Positions 19,432 through 29,078 of a DNA stretch of 62,792 nucleotides are shown piece after piece. This stretch comes from an archaeon 13_2_20CM_2_53_6 (GTDB lineage: Archaea > Thermoproteota > Bathyarchaeia > 40CM-2-53-6): assembly GCA_001915065.1 (NCBI GenBank), contig MNDT01000010.1:1-62792 (forward strand), read 5' to 3'. Each line of letters opens with the position of its first letter. The first letter of the stretch is position 1. Below the pieces are notes generated by a model, which had not been told where the DNA came from, ran no database searches, and saw nothing but the letters and a program-made list of their open reading frames with translations. Made by a program: the position numbers and the translations under genes.

Positions 19432-20907
19432 CTAGACGTTAGTTACGGGTTTCTCAGTATTCGTTTCCTCGTTGGGGCTGGGCTGCGGAGAGGAAACTCT
19501 CTGGGCCCACTCTTGGACGACTTCGATCAGTTGAAGTCGTAGGTCTTCGCCCTTGAGCTGGGATCTTCTCAGGGTTCGTATATTGTCCGCAAGCAGGACC
19601 GACCCGAGCACGTCCTTGGTCCATTTCTCGAAATCCCTGCGCCCTATGTGATATTCCAAAGCTTCGAGTGGGACGATCTTGAGAGCTCCCAAGAACTCTT
19701 CGATGGACGATGCCAATACTCCCGAGTACTGCCCGAGACCAGTGTCGAAATAGAATGACTTGTCTTGTGGGACTGCTATGACACCATCGACTGTGGTGCC
19801 TGCCTGTACCTTTGTGTTGGGCCAGAGCTTGCTGCCTGGCAGAATCTTTGCCCTCTCGCCGATGTTGCAACCCTGCCCGATGATCGCCCTGTCTATTGAG
19901 ACATCATTCCCCACGATCGCCCTCTCCCCAATGATGGTCGATTTTACGGAACAGTTGTTGCCAATAACAGCTCTCTCGAAGACGATTCCAGACTCGAAGC
20001 TTGTCCCAGCTAGTAACTGCGCGTTCTCCTTCAACACTGTACCCGGCCGGATTTGGACGTCATCCCCGAGTGATGCGCCATTCTCGACCCAAGCGGGACC
20101 CCTGATCTCGGCTCTCCGACCGATCGTGACATCCCCTCTGGCAAACACGCCTTCGCCTGGATCTCCAATCATCCTTGCGTCCCGCGGCGGTTCCTTGACG
20201 AGGTTTCGTAAGACCCAGTTAACACCGCTCAAGTAGCCCTTCAACTCCCCAACATCAACCCAGAACGCATCTGATGCGTACCCGAAGAGATGTTGGCCTA
20301 GTCGCATAAGGTAGGGGAAGAGATCTTTCGCAAAGTCCCACCTCTCATTCTCGATATAGTCGACGACTTCAGGTTCGAGAATGTAGAAGCCTGTGCTGAC
20401 GAGATTGCTCTGAGCAGTTCCAGCTGGAGGTTTCTCGACAAACTTCACTATCTCATCATGCTTATCGAGAACTGCTACGCCGTACGAGGACGGATCCTCA
20501 ACAGTCGTCAGCGCGATCGACACCTCACCTCCATGGTTGGAATGGAAGTGCGCCATTTCCTGAAGCGGTATTTCGCTAATGACGTCCGACTGGACCACCA
20601 TGAACGTATCGTCTAGGAGATGTGAGGCGAGCTTCAAACTGCCCGCAGTTCCAAACGTAACTCCATCCGGCTCAACCACATGGGTGATTCCTACTCCAAA
20701 TTTCGACCCGGTTCCCACGTATCCCATAATCTGGTCCTTCAAATATCCCGGAATGATGATAATGTCCTGAAATCCACTCTTGACGAGGTGTGACAATACA
20801 TAGTAGATGATCGGATTTGGACCCAGGGGAAGCATCGGCTTCGGCCGGGTGAATGTAAGAGGCTGGAGACGTGTCCCCTCTCCACCGGCCAAGACTACCG
20901 CCTTCAA
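19432..20907 (-). CDS. NDP-sugar synthase (nucleotidyltransferase + hexapeptide repeats) with C-terminal DUF5752-like domain
   Basis: LAGGEGTRLQPLT...PKPMLP, LbH repeats, and a tail FYF..G.Y.G..ASSIEEF...LEYH..R.DFEKW..DVLG. Confidence 0.88.
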   Translation of the reverse strand: MKAVVLAGGEGTRLQPLTFTRPKPMLPLGPNPIIYYVLSHLVKSGFQDIIIIPGYLKDQIMGYVGTGSKFGVGITHVVEPDGVTFGTAGSLKLASHLLDDTFMVVQSDVISEIPLQEMAHFHSNHGGEVSIALTTVEDPSSYGVAVLDKHDEIVKFVEKPPAGTAQSNLVSTGFYILEPEVVDYIENERWDFAKDLFPYLMRLGQHLFGYASDAFWVDVGELKGYLSGVNWVLRNLVKEPPRDARMIGDPGEGVFARGDVTIGRRAEIRGPAWVENGASLGDDVQIRPGTVLKENAQLLAGTSFESGIVFERAVIGNNCSVKSTIIGERAIVGNDVSIDRAIIGQGCNIGERAKILPGSKLWPNTKVQAGTTVDGVIAVPQDKSFYFDTGLGQYSGVLASSIEEFLGALKIVPLEALEYHIGRRDFEKWTKDVLGSVLLADNIRTLRRSQLKGEDLRLQLIEVVQEWAQRVSSPQPSPNEETNTEKPVTNV

Positions 20908-21000
20908 GGTTCATGCGATCCAGACGTTAACGCGTCGCTAGTCGCATCTGGCCTCCCATAGCAACTTGGGATGGACATGTATAAAGTGGCTAGAGGAATA

Positions 21001-21888
21001 TCAGAGAAAATCCTCCGCGATCATCTTCAGCCCACTGAGCTCGTCGGCTATAGAGCCGCTGCCGTCCGGGCTTGGGGCTATAACCGCGTAGGAAACTCCA
21101 AGCGATTCTAGCCGTTTCATCACATTCCTGTTCTCTCCTCGGTTGGACGAGAGCATGACTCTCCTCTCGCCTAATGGTGAGGTGTACTCTGATCTATCGG
21201 CTCCGGAATTGAGACCTATACGCACGCAGATCTCTTTCTTCTTCGACTCCGGGACGCTCTCTCTGAACTCCGAGACCAGTTTCGAAAACTTGTCGAGAGG
21301 TAGGACATTTGGGTGCCAAGCATCACCCAAGGTGGCGGCCCTTTTCATAGCAGCGTGGCTAGATCCTCCTATCCATATCGGGAGTTTCTGCTGGACGGGA
21401 GAGGGCTCAAAGACTGCGTCCTTGAATTTCTGACGGAGAACCATGCTTTCGAATTGGGTCCTTCCCGCCCACAGATCTTTGATCAGCCGAATCGACTCGT
21501 CCAGTCTCTTCCCCCGGCTGTGAAAGTTTGATCCGAGATATGAGAACTCGGTGTCATTCCAGCCAGCGCCCATCGCTAGTATGAGTCTTCCATTACTCAG
21601 ATTGTCTATCGTTGCGAGCTGCTTGGCCACGATTATGGGATTCCTCATCGGTGTGATGAGGGACGAGATCCCCAGCCTCAGCCTCGTTGTCGCGGCGGCA
21701 AGATAGGCGAGGGTTGTGACGCTCTCGAAGATTCTCTCGTAAGGCGTCCCACTATTCTTCGGCATCAGGACATGGTCGGTACACCATATGGAATCGTATC
21801 CTTGCTTTTCCGCTTCAGCTGCAACCGTTCGGAGTGCCTCAACGGAACAGCTCTCGCCGTAATTCGGAACGCATACTCCTAGCTTCAT
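21001..21888 (-). CDS. LLM-class (probably F420-dependent) oxidoreductase
   Basis: GYDSIWCTDH, ATIDNLSNGR, GAGW...EF, PIWIGG. Confidence 0.88.
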   Translation of the reverse strand: MKLGVCVPNYGESCSVEALRTVAAEAEKQGYDSIWCTDHVLMPKNSGTPYERIFESVTTLAYLAAATTRLRLGISSLITPMRNPIIVAKQLATIDNLSNGRLILAMGAGWNDTEFSYLGSNFHSRGKRLDESIRLIKDLWAGRTQFESMVLRQKFKDAVFEPSPVQQKLPIWIGGSSHAAMKRAATLGDAWHPNVLPLDKFSKLVSEFRESVPESKKKEICVRIGLNSGADRSEYTSPLGERRVMLSSNRGENRNVMKRLESLGVSYAVIAPSPDGSGSIADELSGLKMIAEDFL

Positions 21889-21978
21889 TCTCAGGTTTGA
21901 TCGGAATTTCGACTCCGCTTAAGACTGTCTAGGGACAGACGCGCCGGAAGAATGAACCGTTAGTGGTGGCTTTCCAGA

Positions 21979-22404
21979 TTAGAGAAGCTTGGACAACCGG
22001 TCCGTTACTTCTCTCAGCCGGTCTCTGTACGGGTCCATCTTCGACGGACTGGACCTTGCCAAGTCTTCGAAGTAGGAGACGTAATCCCGCATCTCGCTAA
22101 CCATCGATTCAACAGAGGTGGGTCTCTGGCCGAACGGAAATCCAAATGGGAAGCTTCCTTCATCTTTTCCATTGTCGGTGAGTTCGTAGCGTCCATCCTC
22201 TCTCTTCTTAAGCGCGCCCTCGACTGTCATCTGGTCTAGGAGGGGATATATCGACCCGGGAGATGGTCGCCAACCTCCCCAGCTCATCTTCTCAATCTCG
22301 TCGATAATTTCCGCGCCATTCTTAGGCGACCGTCCGACTATTGAAATGATCCAGGGTCTGAGCCATCCACGCCTCATCCCTCCCCAGTGTCTATGTCCCC
22401 ACAT
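21979..22404 (-). CDS. PadR family transcriptional regulator
   Basis: WRPSPGSIYPLL...YELTDNG. Confidence 0.9.
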   Translation of the reverse strand: MWGHRHWGGMRRGWLRPWIISIVGRSPKNGAEIIDEIEKMSWGGWRPSPGSIYPLLDQMTVEGALKKREDGRYELTDNGKDEGSFPFGFPFGQRPTSVESMVSEMRDYVSYFEDLARSSPSKMDPYRDRLREVTDRLSKLL

Positions 22405-22414
22405 GATCCCGAGA

Positions 22415-22446
22415 CGATATCGGATAAGCGATATCGGATTATAAGA
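22415..22446 (-). promoter_or_regulatory. PadR promoter: TATA box plus tandem palindromic operator
   Basis: CGATATCGGAT at 22415 and 22429, each containing the palindrome CGATATCG, between the start codon and a minus-strand CTTATAAT. Confidence 0.65.
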
Positions 22447-22545
22447 CCTTAGCTCTCCGCACCCTGGTCTATAGCAGAACCCTGTTTGACATCTGTCGCG
22501 TCAGAGACAAGTTTGCTTATCTCGTTCCAATCGCTAGGGCCCTCG

Positions 22546-23757
22546 TCACTTTACAACGACTACTGCCTGCGATTTGCCGGCCAATGAGGCGTCGGATGAA
22601 TCCTTGACCTTGAAACTGGTGACCCCGGCTATTAGAGCCATGAGAAGAAACAATACGATTGACACTAGGAAGCCCGTTCCTGGGCCTATGGAGTAGAGGA
22701 CTCCTCCGAGGTAGGATCCGGCTATCAAACCAGAGTTCTCGAGCGTGAGATAGAAGCCATACTGGCCCGCCCTTGTTGCACCTGATCTGATAATAGCGAG
22801 AATCGAGTAGGCGATGTAGCTCGACGCCCTTGAGCTTCCAAAGAGGAAGACTAGCGGGAAGGCAAACAGAAGATTCCTCGTCAAGACGATGCCAGCAAGA
22901 CCTGTGGCCGATACGACTAGTCCAAGTGCCATCGTCTCTCCACGGCTTCGCACGTCGGCTCTTCGCCCCAGTAAAATCGCGAAAGCCGTCTGCCCAAGAG
23001 CCTGGATGGAACCCAGACCCTGTATCGTACTAGGGGAGAGTATCAGAACGTCATGGAAGAACAGCGGAACGAAAGGCGATGCGATACTGAATGCAACTGC
23101 GGTCCCTGTTAAGAATAGGAGAAGAGTTGCTTCAGGTAAGGATTTCGGAACCTCGAGCCTGTATGCCCGAGCATCTTTCGGAGTCGATGGCTGCGTTCGC
23201 ATCCTGAATAGGACGACTGTCGATATTGTGAACAACCCGAAGGAGAGAAGGAAGATCCCGCGAATCGAGATCCAAGTCAGAAGAAGACCGCCAACCGCTG
23301 GAGAGAATACGAAACCCAGAGGTGCTGAGGCCCAGACGACACCGAAGTTGGACCCCGTTCTATTCCTCTCACTCGCGCCCGCAATGTAGGCGTTGAATGC
23401 TGGGATGTTGAAACCGGAAGCCTGCAACAATATGATTCCAGGGAGGACATCCGTCCATGTCTTGGCGTAATAGTAGAGAAGTGGAGCAGGCAGGCTCATT
23501 GCCCAACCAATAACCAAGAGCGTTCTCAGTTCGTACTTGTTAGCAAGGATTCCTCCCGGGATCATGCTAGCGGCAAGGGCCACAAATCCTATGGAGTAGA
23601 CCAGCCCGACTTGGCTGGGATCCGCATTTAGCTCTCTGAGAAAAAGCGGCCAGATGTAGTTGTAGAGTCCATATCCGAAGCTCCAGAGGAAGAGAGACCA
23701 GAAGAGAAACCTAAGATCTCTCTGAAGCTTCCGAACAGACCCGAGTGGGCTCGCAAT
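22546..23757 (-). CDS. MFS transporter (non-canonical start likely)
   Basis: Multi-TM MFS pattern. The frame extends 58 codons beyond the track GTG and includes a typical first helix (RDLRFLFWSLFLWSFGYGLYNYIWPLFL); only ATT/CTG candidate starts are available there. Confidence 0.85.
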   Translation of the reverse strand: MASPLGSVRKLQRDLRFLFWSLFLWSFGYGLYNYIWPLFLRELNADPSQVGLVYSIGFVALAASMIPGGILANKYELRTLLVIGWAMSLPAPLLYYYAKTWTDVLPGIILLQASGFNIPAFNAYIAGASERNRTGSNFGVVWASAPLGFVFSPAVGGLLLTWISIRGIFLLSFGLFTISTVVLFRMRTQPSTPKDARAYRLEVPKSLPEATLLLFLTGTAVAFSIASPFVPLFFHDVLILSPSTIQGLGSIQALGQTAFAILLGRRADVRSRGETMALGLVVSATGLAGIVLTRNLLFAFPLVFLFGSSRASSYIAYSILAIIRSGATRAGQYGFYLTLENSGLIAGSYLGGVLYSIGPGTGFLVSIVLFLLMALIAGVTSFKVKDSSDASLAGKSQAVVVVK

Positions 23758-23869
23758 CCAAATTCTCAGATCGAATTAGGCCTCCGCTTTTCAAGGAGCA
23801 TGATGTTTCCGAGATCGCCAGACCAGCCAGTAGTCTCAGGCCCAGTAATCATAGTGGCATTATTCGGAT

Positions 23870-24194
23870 GGACGGTGGTGGCTTCCGTGGTAATGGGCAT
23901 CTCTTCCAGGTAGGGTGTCCCGGTCGTCTTCTCCACCCTGGGATCCCACCTGCGTCGAACGTCGACCTTACGACTGCTCCCTTCCGGGCCTCGCCGGATT
24001 CGACCGTGAGGAGGTAACAACCCTCTCTTCAGAGAGCGCTCCTCCGCCGCCGACCTGGTAGGGCAGAGTGTCATGGTTGACAGCCAAGTCTTCAGCCTGG
24101 TCGAGGCTACCGCTCACCAGCGTTGGCGGACCCCCGCATAGGTCGATTTCGGGTAACAGGAAACGACCAGCTTCCCAGTCCCCCACCACCGCCC
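23870..24194 (-). ncRNA. Archaeal SRP (7S) RNA
   Basis: Helix-8 motif GGCGAGGCCCGGAAGGGAGCAG, helix 6 CTCTCT-GAAG-AGAGGG, terminal helix GGGCGGTGGTGG/CCACCACCGTCC, ~325 nt. Confidence 0.93.
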
Positions 24195-24294
24195 AAAGAA
24201 CTCGAATCGAACCAGTCGATATAAGAATATCAAACTCAATGGTTCGTAACCTCAGACATACCAGCTAGCCAGTCCCCGAGCGGAGTGCTTTTAC

Positions 24295-24861
24295 ATGGAC
24301 ACATTCCTTGCATCAGATATGGTCGATGAAGAGTCAGAGCTGCCAGAGGACGAGGCCGAAATGGCTGGAGAAGAGTCTGAAGAGAAGGAACAGGTAGCTT
24401 CCAGTCGGACACTCGCGGACATACCCGTAATCCCATTCGAGCCTCCGACAACCGGGAGCGGTCACGACATAGGCGACAAACAGGGAAAGCTTCGGACCGC
24501 AATATTGGAACGCGTGTCGCAAAGCGAGATCGACAAATTCAAGGAAGCACTCAAAGGGCGTCTCGTAACCGTCACGCTTGGTTTCTTTCTATGGAAGGGA
24601 TCCCCGAAAACTACCAATACTCGGGCTGTGAAGGACCTTGACAATCTCATGAAGATAATCTTCGACGTGCTAGGCAAAGGCCAACAAGGACTCGGACTTC
24701 TTGAAGAAGACAGTTACATTTGCGAGGTCTACGCGAAGAAGGAGCTCGTTGAGGACCGCAGTGAAGAAGGACTCCGGATCATAATAGAAGAGTACGAGGA
24801 CGAAGAGATGCTTCATACACTAAAAGAATTCTACTCGAAGAAGAGCAAGGATCCCGCCTAG
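24295..24861 (+). CDS. RusA-like Holliday junction resolvase with acidic N-terminal extension
   Basis: KDLDNLMKIIFDVL...LEEDSYICEVYAKK resembles the RusA DxDNxxK..D..DD motif. Confidence 0.65.
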   Translation: MDTFLASDMVDEESELPEDEAEMAGEESEEKEQVASSRTLADIPVIPFEPPTTGSGHDIGDKQGKLRTAILERVSQSEIDKFKEALKGRLVTVTLGFFLWKGSPKTTNTRAVKDLDNLMKIIFDVLGKGQQGLGLLEEDSYICEVYAKKELVEDRSEEGLRIIIEEYEDEEMLHTLKEFYSKKSKDPA

Positions 24862-25823
24862 ACCGGCGGCGGGGTCTCATCTAGCTTCTCCTTGGGGAGC
24901 TTGGTCCATTTGAGGAAGTCGGGATCGGGCTTCTCCTCCTCATAGAGCTGCTTTCGGCGACACTCGAGCGGAGTCGGCTCCCGTTTAAGAAGATCGGCGG
25001 CGACGAGCAATTTGTGACTGGCTTTCTTTGCGGATTCTCTGACCGGCTCAAGGAATTTGTACCATCCTTCATCTCTCAGCAAATGATGATCGATGACTAC
25101 TGTAGGAACTTCACTCACTATCTTCTTCATATGATGCACCGCGGTCTTGAAGAACTCTTCTCCTATTCGGAATCCTTGTAGGTATGTCGGGGGCCCTCCC
25201 ATTATCAGCAAATCAGGCCTCTCGTCAATGATCATCCTGGCAGTTCCTTCAGCCACGGGTCCTTGGACATCGGGTGCGAAGACTAGTTTCTCATCGCCCT
25301 TTTCCACGATGCAGAGCAGAACCCAGCCGAGCCCCGATTCGTCCTCGCCGTGGGGTACGGGTTCGGGAAAGCGAATTGTCGTCTCTCCGAACTCAAAAAC
25401 TCGGCCATCAGCGGCTTCGAATTTCTCTGCCCATTTCTCAGCGGCTTGTTTGAACATCCAGCCTCTACGCCGCTGAGCTGTGTTGATCTTCTTCCTGAAA
25501 TCTTTGGCAAGAATAATTTTTCCTCGATAGGTTCTCTCAGACAATTCCGGACTGGTTCCGAGCCAGACGGGATCAACATAGTTGGGCGTGTGATGATCAT
25601 TGTGGTAGTGCGAGATTGTCACGACCCTAGCTTTCTCTGCGGCCGCGTCGATTCTCTCTCGTGCTTCGACCCTCGCCTTGAATTCTTTGGGATGGGGCAT
25701 AAGCCGGAATCTCGGCCCCAGCGCTACCCCCGCGTCCAACAGCACCGTAACGTCCCGGGTTCGCACCTGGGTGCACATTGACCGCACGCCGAGACTCTCA
25801 AAGGCCAGAGGCGTGACGGTAAT
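24858..25823 (-). CDS. MBL-fold metallohydrolase (UPF0282-like); start uncertain
   Basis: PLAFESLGVRSM N-terminus lies upstream of the track start; also ISHYHNDH, PVPHG, DVQGP, IDHHLLRD. Confidence 0.85.
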   Translation of the reverse strand: MTVTPLAFESLGVRSMCTQVRTRDVTVLLDAGVALGPRFRLMPHPKEFKARVEARERIDAAAEKARVVTISHYHNDHHTPNYVDPVWLGTSPELSERTYRGKIILAKDFRKKINTAQRRRGWMFKQAAEKWAEKFEAADGRVFEFGETTIRFPEPVPHGEDESGLGWVLLCIVEKGDEKLVFAPDVQGPVAEGTARMIIDERPDLLIMGGPPTYLQGFRIGEEFFKTAVHHMKKIVSEVPTVVIDHHLLRDEGWYKFLEPVRESAKKASHKLLVAADLLKREPTPLECRRKQLYEEEKPDPDFLKWTKLPKEKLDETPPPV

Positions 25824-25992
25824 TCCTGCCGAGAGTCGAGACCTCCGATTTGCGTAGTGGTAAGGTGCTCACTTAATTGCACTATGCGCGGTGTCAAACG
25901 TCCGTGTGGACTGTCACCAGTTCCTTCGTCGTTCAGTTGAACACGATTATTATCTCGCTAGGTCAAACCGTTAGCCTAGAGCCAGTTTCCAA

Positions 25993-26259
25993 TTGTCGCA
26001 AGCATCAGATCCGAACCATCCTTACTGCCGCTACTGCGAGGAGGCGACCTATCATGAATACGACCCCTATTTCCACGCATGGGTCTGTCAAACCTGCTTC
26101 GGAGGTATGATCAGGGCGGACAAGAAGGACCCGCTCTCCGTCATAAGAGCAGAACTAAACAATGTAGCTTTGCTCGCGGCAAAGAACGGTTATACTTCAG
26201 ATGTAAAGACAAAACTGAGAGACGCAGCTACGAAACTCCAGAAGCTGGCTGAAGGCTAG
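25993..26259 (+). CDS. Small Zn-finger protein
   Basis: CRYC...CQTC followed by a helical tail. Confidence 0.55.
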   Translation: MSQASDPNHPYCRYCEEATYHEYDPYFHAWVCQTCFGGMIRADKKDPLSVIRAELNNVALLAAKNGYTSDVKTKLRDAATKLQKLAEG

Positions 26260-26490
26260 TTTTAGAGCTTACAACCGAACGCGTACCACGTCGGCAAGCG
26301 AACGGTTTTATTCACTCGACCTCCCATCGCAAGATCGGGTCCGATGACTTCTCTGGCCCTGCGGACAAGTCCCATGGGACTGGATGAAGTGGATCTTGAG
26401 ACCCGGAAGCTCCGGGCAAGAATGAGAGAGGACCCATTCACAACCTACGAAACACATTCGGACACGTTGACCTAACCGGAAAAACCGCCC

Positions 26491-27714
26491 ATGGAACAAC
26501 AGGCTGAGATTCTACAATCCGGCTCAAGCAGGCGGTGGCTCGTCCTAGGCTCAGTCCTAACCTCACGCGTCATCTATACCATAAACTGGTTCAACATCGC
26601 CCCGTTACTAGGCGCAACAGGACTAATTGCGTTAACACTGAACGTCGATCTACCATCCCAAGGCCTTCTCACCTCATCCTTCCTTCTTGGCGCGGGCATA
26701 TTCCAGATACCTGCTGGAATAGTCTCCGCAAGATGGGGACCGAAGAACACGTCCCAGCTTGGAATGCTCATCCTATCTTTGTCTGGAATTGGCGAAGGAT
26801 TGTCCCCAAATTTTCCTACTCTACTTGTGTCGAGATTCCTCCTAGGTCTAGGTGCGGCACTATTTTTCGCGCCTGCCATAGGCATTCTTACCCCCCTGTT
26901 CAGGCCTGAAGAGGAAGGGTTTGTCCTAGGACTCTACAATAGCTGCTTCAACATTGGAGGCGCATTAGGCCTGTTCGGATGGGTACTGGTCACCGACCTG
27001 CTTGGTTGGAGGCAGGGGTTGGTCCTCGGTGGACTGATCGGGATAATTTCGGTCCTGATTGGGCAGATTGTTATTCCTCACGACCGGACAGTCGCACCGG
27101 CAAAACGGCGATCCATGAAACCAGTATTCAAGAATCGGAGCATATGGCTGATCGCATTTGGAGTTCTCGGTCTCTGGGGATCGATCTTCTCATCTTCAAG
27201 CTTTCTCGAAGCATACACAAAGGACACCTTTGGAATCTCTCCATACATCTCAGGGATCATGGCGTCTCTGATTATGTTCGCCAGCATTTTCGGGGGGCCG
27301 ATCGGAGGCCGATTGTCTGACAAGTTCAGAAGAAGAAAGATCTTCATCTTCGTGCCGGGAATTCTCACATCTGTAGGAGTGATCCTCTTCGGAATCTCTC
27401 AACCGATCGAGTTGTGGCTCCTCATTCCTCTAGTAGGCTTCTTGGACTCAATCGTCTTTTCGACAATGTACGCTAGTGCAAGCCAGTACCCTGAAGTGGG
27501 CCGTGAATATGCGCCTCTCGGGATAAGTATCATCAATTCGGTCCAGATACTCGGCAGCTACCCAATCCCGATAATCTTCACACTTTTTGTGAAAGCGTAT
27601 GGGAACAACTATTCACCGGGCTGGTTCTTCATGGGAGGGCTCTCCTTGGTTATGATGATGCTCGTACTCTGGATCCGAGAGCCATTCAAAGCAAATTCGC
27701 AGAGTTCAGGCTAG
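26491..27714 (+). CDS. MFS transporter
   Basis: About 12 TM helices; GGRLSDKFRRR motif A. Confidence 0.9.
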   Translation: MEQQAEILQSGSSRRWLVLGSVLTSRVIYTINWFNIAPLLGATGLIALTLNVDLPSQGLLTSSFLLGAGIFQIPAGIVSARWGPKNTSQLGMLILSLSGIGEGLSPNFPTLLVSRFLLGLGAALFFAPAIGILTPLFRPEEEGFVLGLYNSCFNIGGALGLFGWVLVTDLLGWRQGLVLGGLIGIISVLIGQIVIPHDRTVAPAKRRSMKPVFKNRSIWLIAFGVLGLWGSIFSSSSFLEAYTKDTFGISPYISGIMASLIMFASIFGGPIGGRLSDKFRRRKIFIFVPGILTSVGVILFGISQPIELWLLIPLVGFLDSIVFSTMYASASQYPEVGREYAPLGISIINSVQILGSYPIPIIFTLFVKAYGNNYSPGWFFMGGLSLVMMMLVLWIREPFKANSQSSG

Positions 27715-28704
27715 TTTGTACAGCTCGTCCTGTGGGACCGGTTGCAAATCGGATTTCTCCCCGTTAATTGAATAGTGGCGGCCTTCGGCAATAGGCGTGA
27801 TTGTCCCGATTAATGATGCGCCAACTCGGAGTTTTCTCAACGCCTTGACCACTCTATCAACATGCCTGGGATCCACGACCGTTAGCAGACAACCAGAACT
27901 CATGAGCTTCAAAGGATCCAGCCTTAGCCTCGAACAAATCATCAATGTCTCCTTGGCAACAGGAATCTTGTCAGCCCAGACCTCTACTCCCAAGTGAGAC
28001 GCTTCGCCCAACTCCCAGCTTGCATTCAGGATCCCTCCCTCAGTAGGATCGTGAATCAACCGAACTCCAGGAACCTTCGCGATAGTTAGAGCCTCCTTTA
28101 CCACGCTGATCTGACTCGAGAACCTCCTAGCCCTCCGCAAGGCCTCTGGGGGAATCTGTTTTAGTCGATGCGCGTAGTCGGAAGCCAGAATCGCGGTCCC
28201 TTCTATGCCGGCGGTCTTTGTAAGAACAATCATGTCTCCGACACGAATATCCTCGGCCCGAAAGACCCTTCCCCTCCTCTCACCGATCATGAAGCCAGCG
28301 ATTATCGGCCTGTCGAGACCCCGAGTCGCCTCTGTGTGGCCTCGTGCAACAGTGATTCCCAATCTCCTAGACGCCCGGTCTATTCCTTTCATAATATCTG
28401 AGAGGATTTTCTCACTCGATCCGGCTGGAAGCAGAATTGTGCACATGTACCAGACCGGTTTTGCACCCGCGGTTGCAATGTCGTTGGCGTTGACCTCTAC
28501 GGAGTGTTCTCCTATTCGAGTGCTGGTTCCAGTTATTGGGTCAGTCGTGAGTATCAGAATCGGATCATATCTAACCGCGGCGATATCTCTGCCAATCCCT
28601 GGTCCAATGAGTAGCCTCGGGTTCCGTCTACCGACGTGGGAATAGACTATCCTGACAAGCGCTTCGGGTGGAATCTTTCCGACCTCAAAGGACCGAGCTG
28701 GCAT
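27706..28704 (-). CDS. AIR synthase/HypE-related protein
   Basis: GPGIGRD, TDPITG, NANDIA, GHTE, HDPTEGG, DPLKLMSSG. Confidence 0.88.
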   Translation of the reverse strand: MPARSFEVGKIPPEALVRIVYSHVGRRNPRLLIGPGIGRDIAAVRYDPILILTTDPITGTSTRIGEHSVEVNANDIATAGAKPVWYMCTILLPAGSSEKILSDIMKGIDRASRRLGITVARGHTEATRGLDRPIIAGFMIGERRGRVFRAEDIRVGDMIVLTKTAGIEGTAILASDYAHRLKQIPPEALRRARRFSSQISVVKEALTIAKVPGVRLIHDPTEGGILNASWELGEASHLGVEVWADKIPVAKETLMICSRLRLDPLKLMSSGCLLTVVDPRHVDRVVKALRKLRVGASLIGTITPIAEGRHYSINGEKSDLQPVPQDELYKLA

Positions 28705-28819
28705 CTTTTGACGTCGCTGCCCTTCCGATCAGGCTCGGGTATCTAAATGCTGAATCTAAGAAGCGAAGCGAACGGACGCTCAAGAAGCATGAGTTATTGG
28801 CGTTTCGGGTTAGATAGAA

Positions 28820-28986
28820 CGTGGCGGCCGCGCACGCCATGTCAGCTTGGGCTTTAGAAAAAAGAATTCTTGGTTTTTTCTATGCGCTGTTTTTTCGCGA
28901 TCCCGTTTTCGACAGCTACGATTTTCTGGAGGAAAGAGGGTGAAAAAGGTTGTTCCTTCCGCATGGTACACGAGTGGAGTGTCTGG
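28820..28986 (-). repeat. Dispersed non-coding element, copy B (inverted relative to copy A)
   Basis: Reverse complement aligns with 2046-2213. Confidence 0.8.
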
Positions 28987-29078
28987 AGTGAACAATGTCT
29001 TTGGGTAAGTTGCCGGACGGGATTGCTTGAATCAGAGGCCGTTCGTAGTTTAGGAAAACGAAGGTGGGCGTCGGTCAG

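Noticed and set aside
23745..24268. Track ORFs at 23745, 23766, 23968 and 24068
   Set aside because: They overlap the SRP RNA gene and have no protein motifs, so they are shadow ORFs.
28921..28945. ORB-like TTCTGGAGGAAAGAGGG (replication origin)
   Set aside because: A single weak match with no cdc6/orc1 nearby; it lies inside the dispersed repeat.
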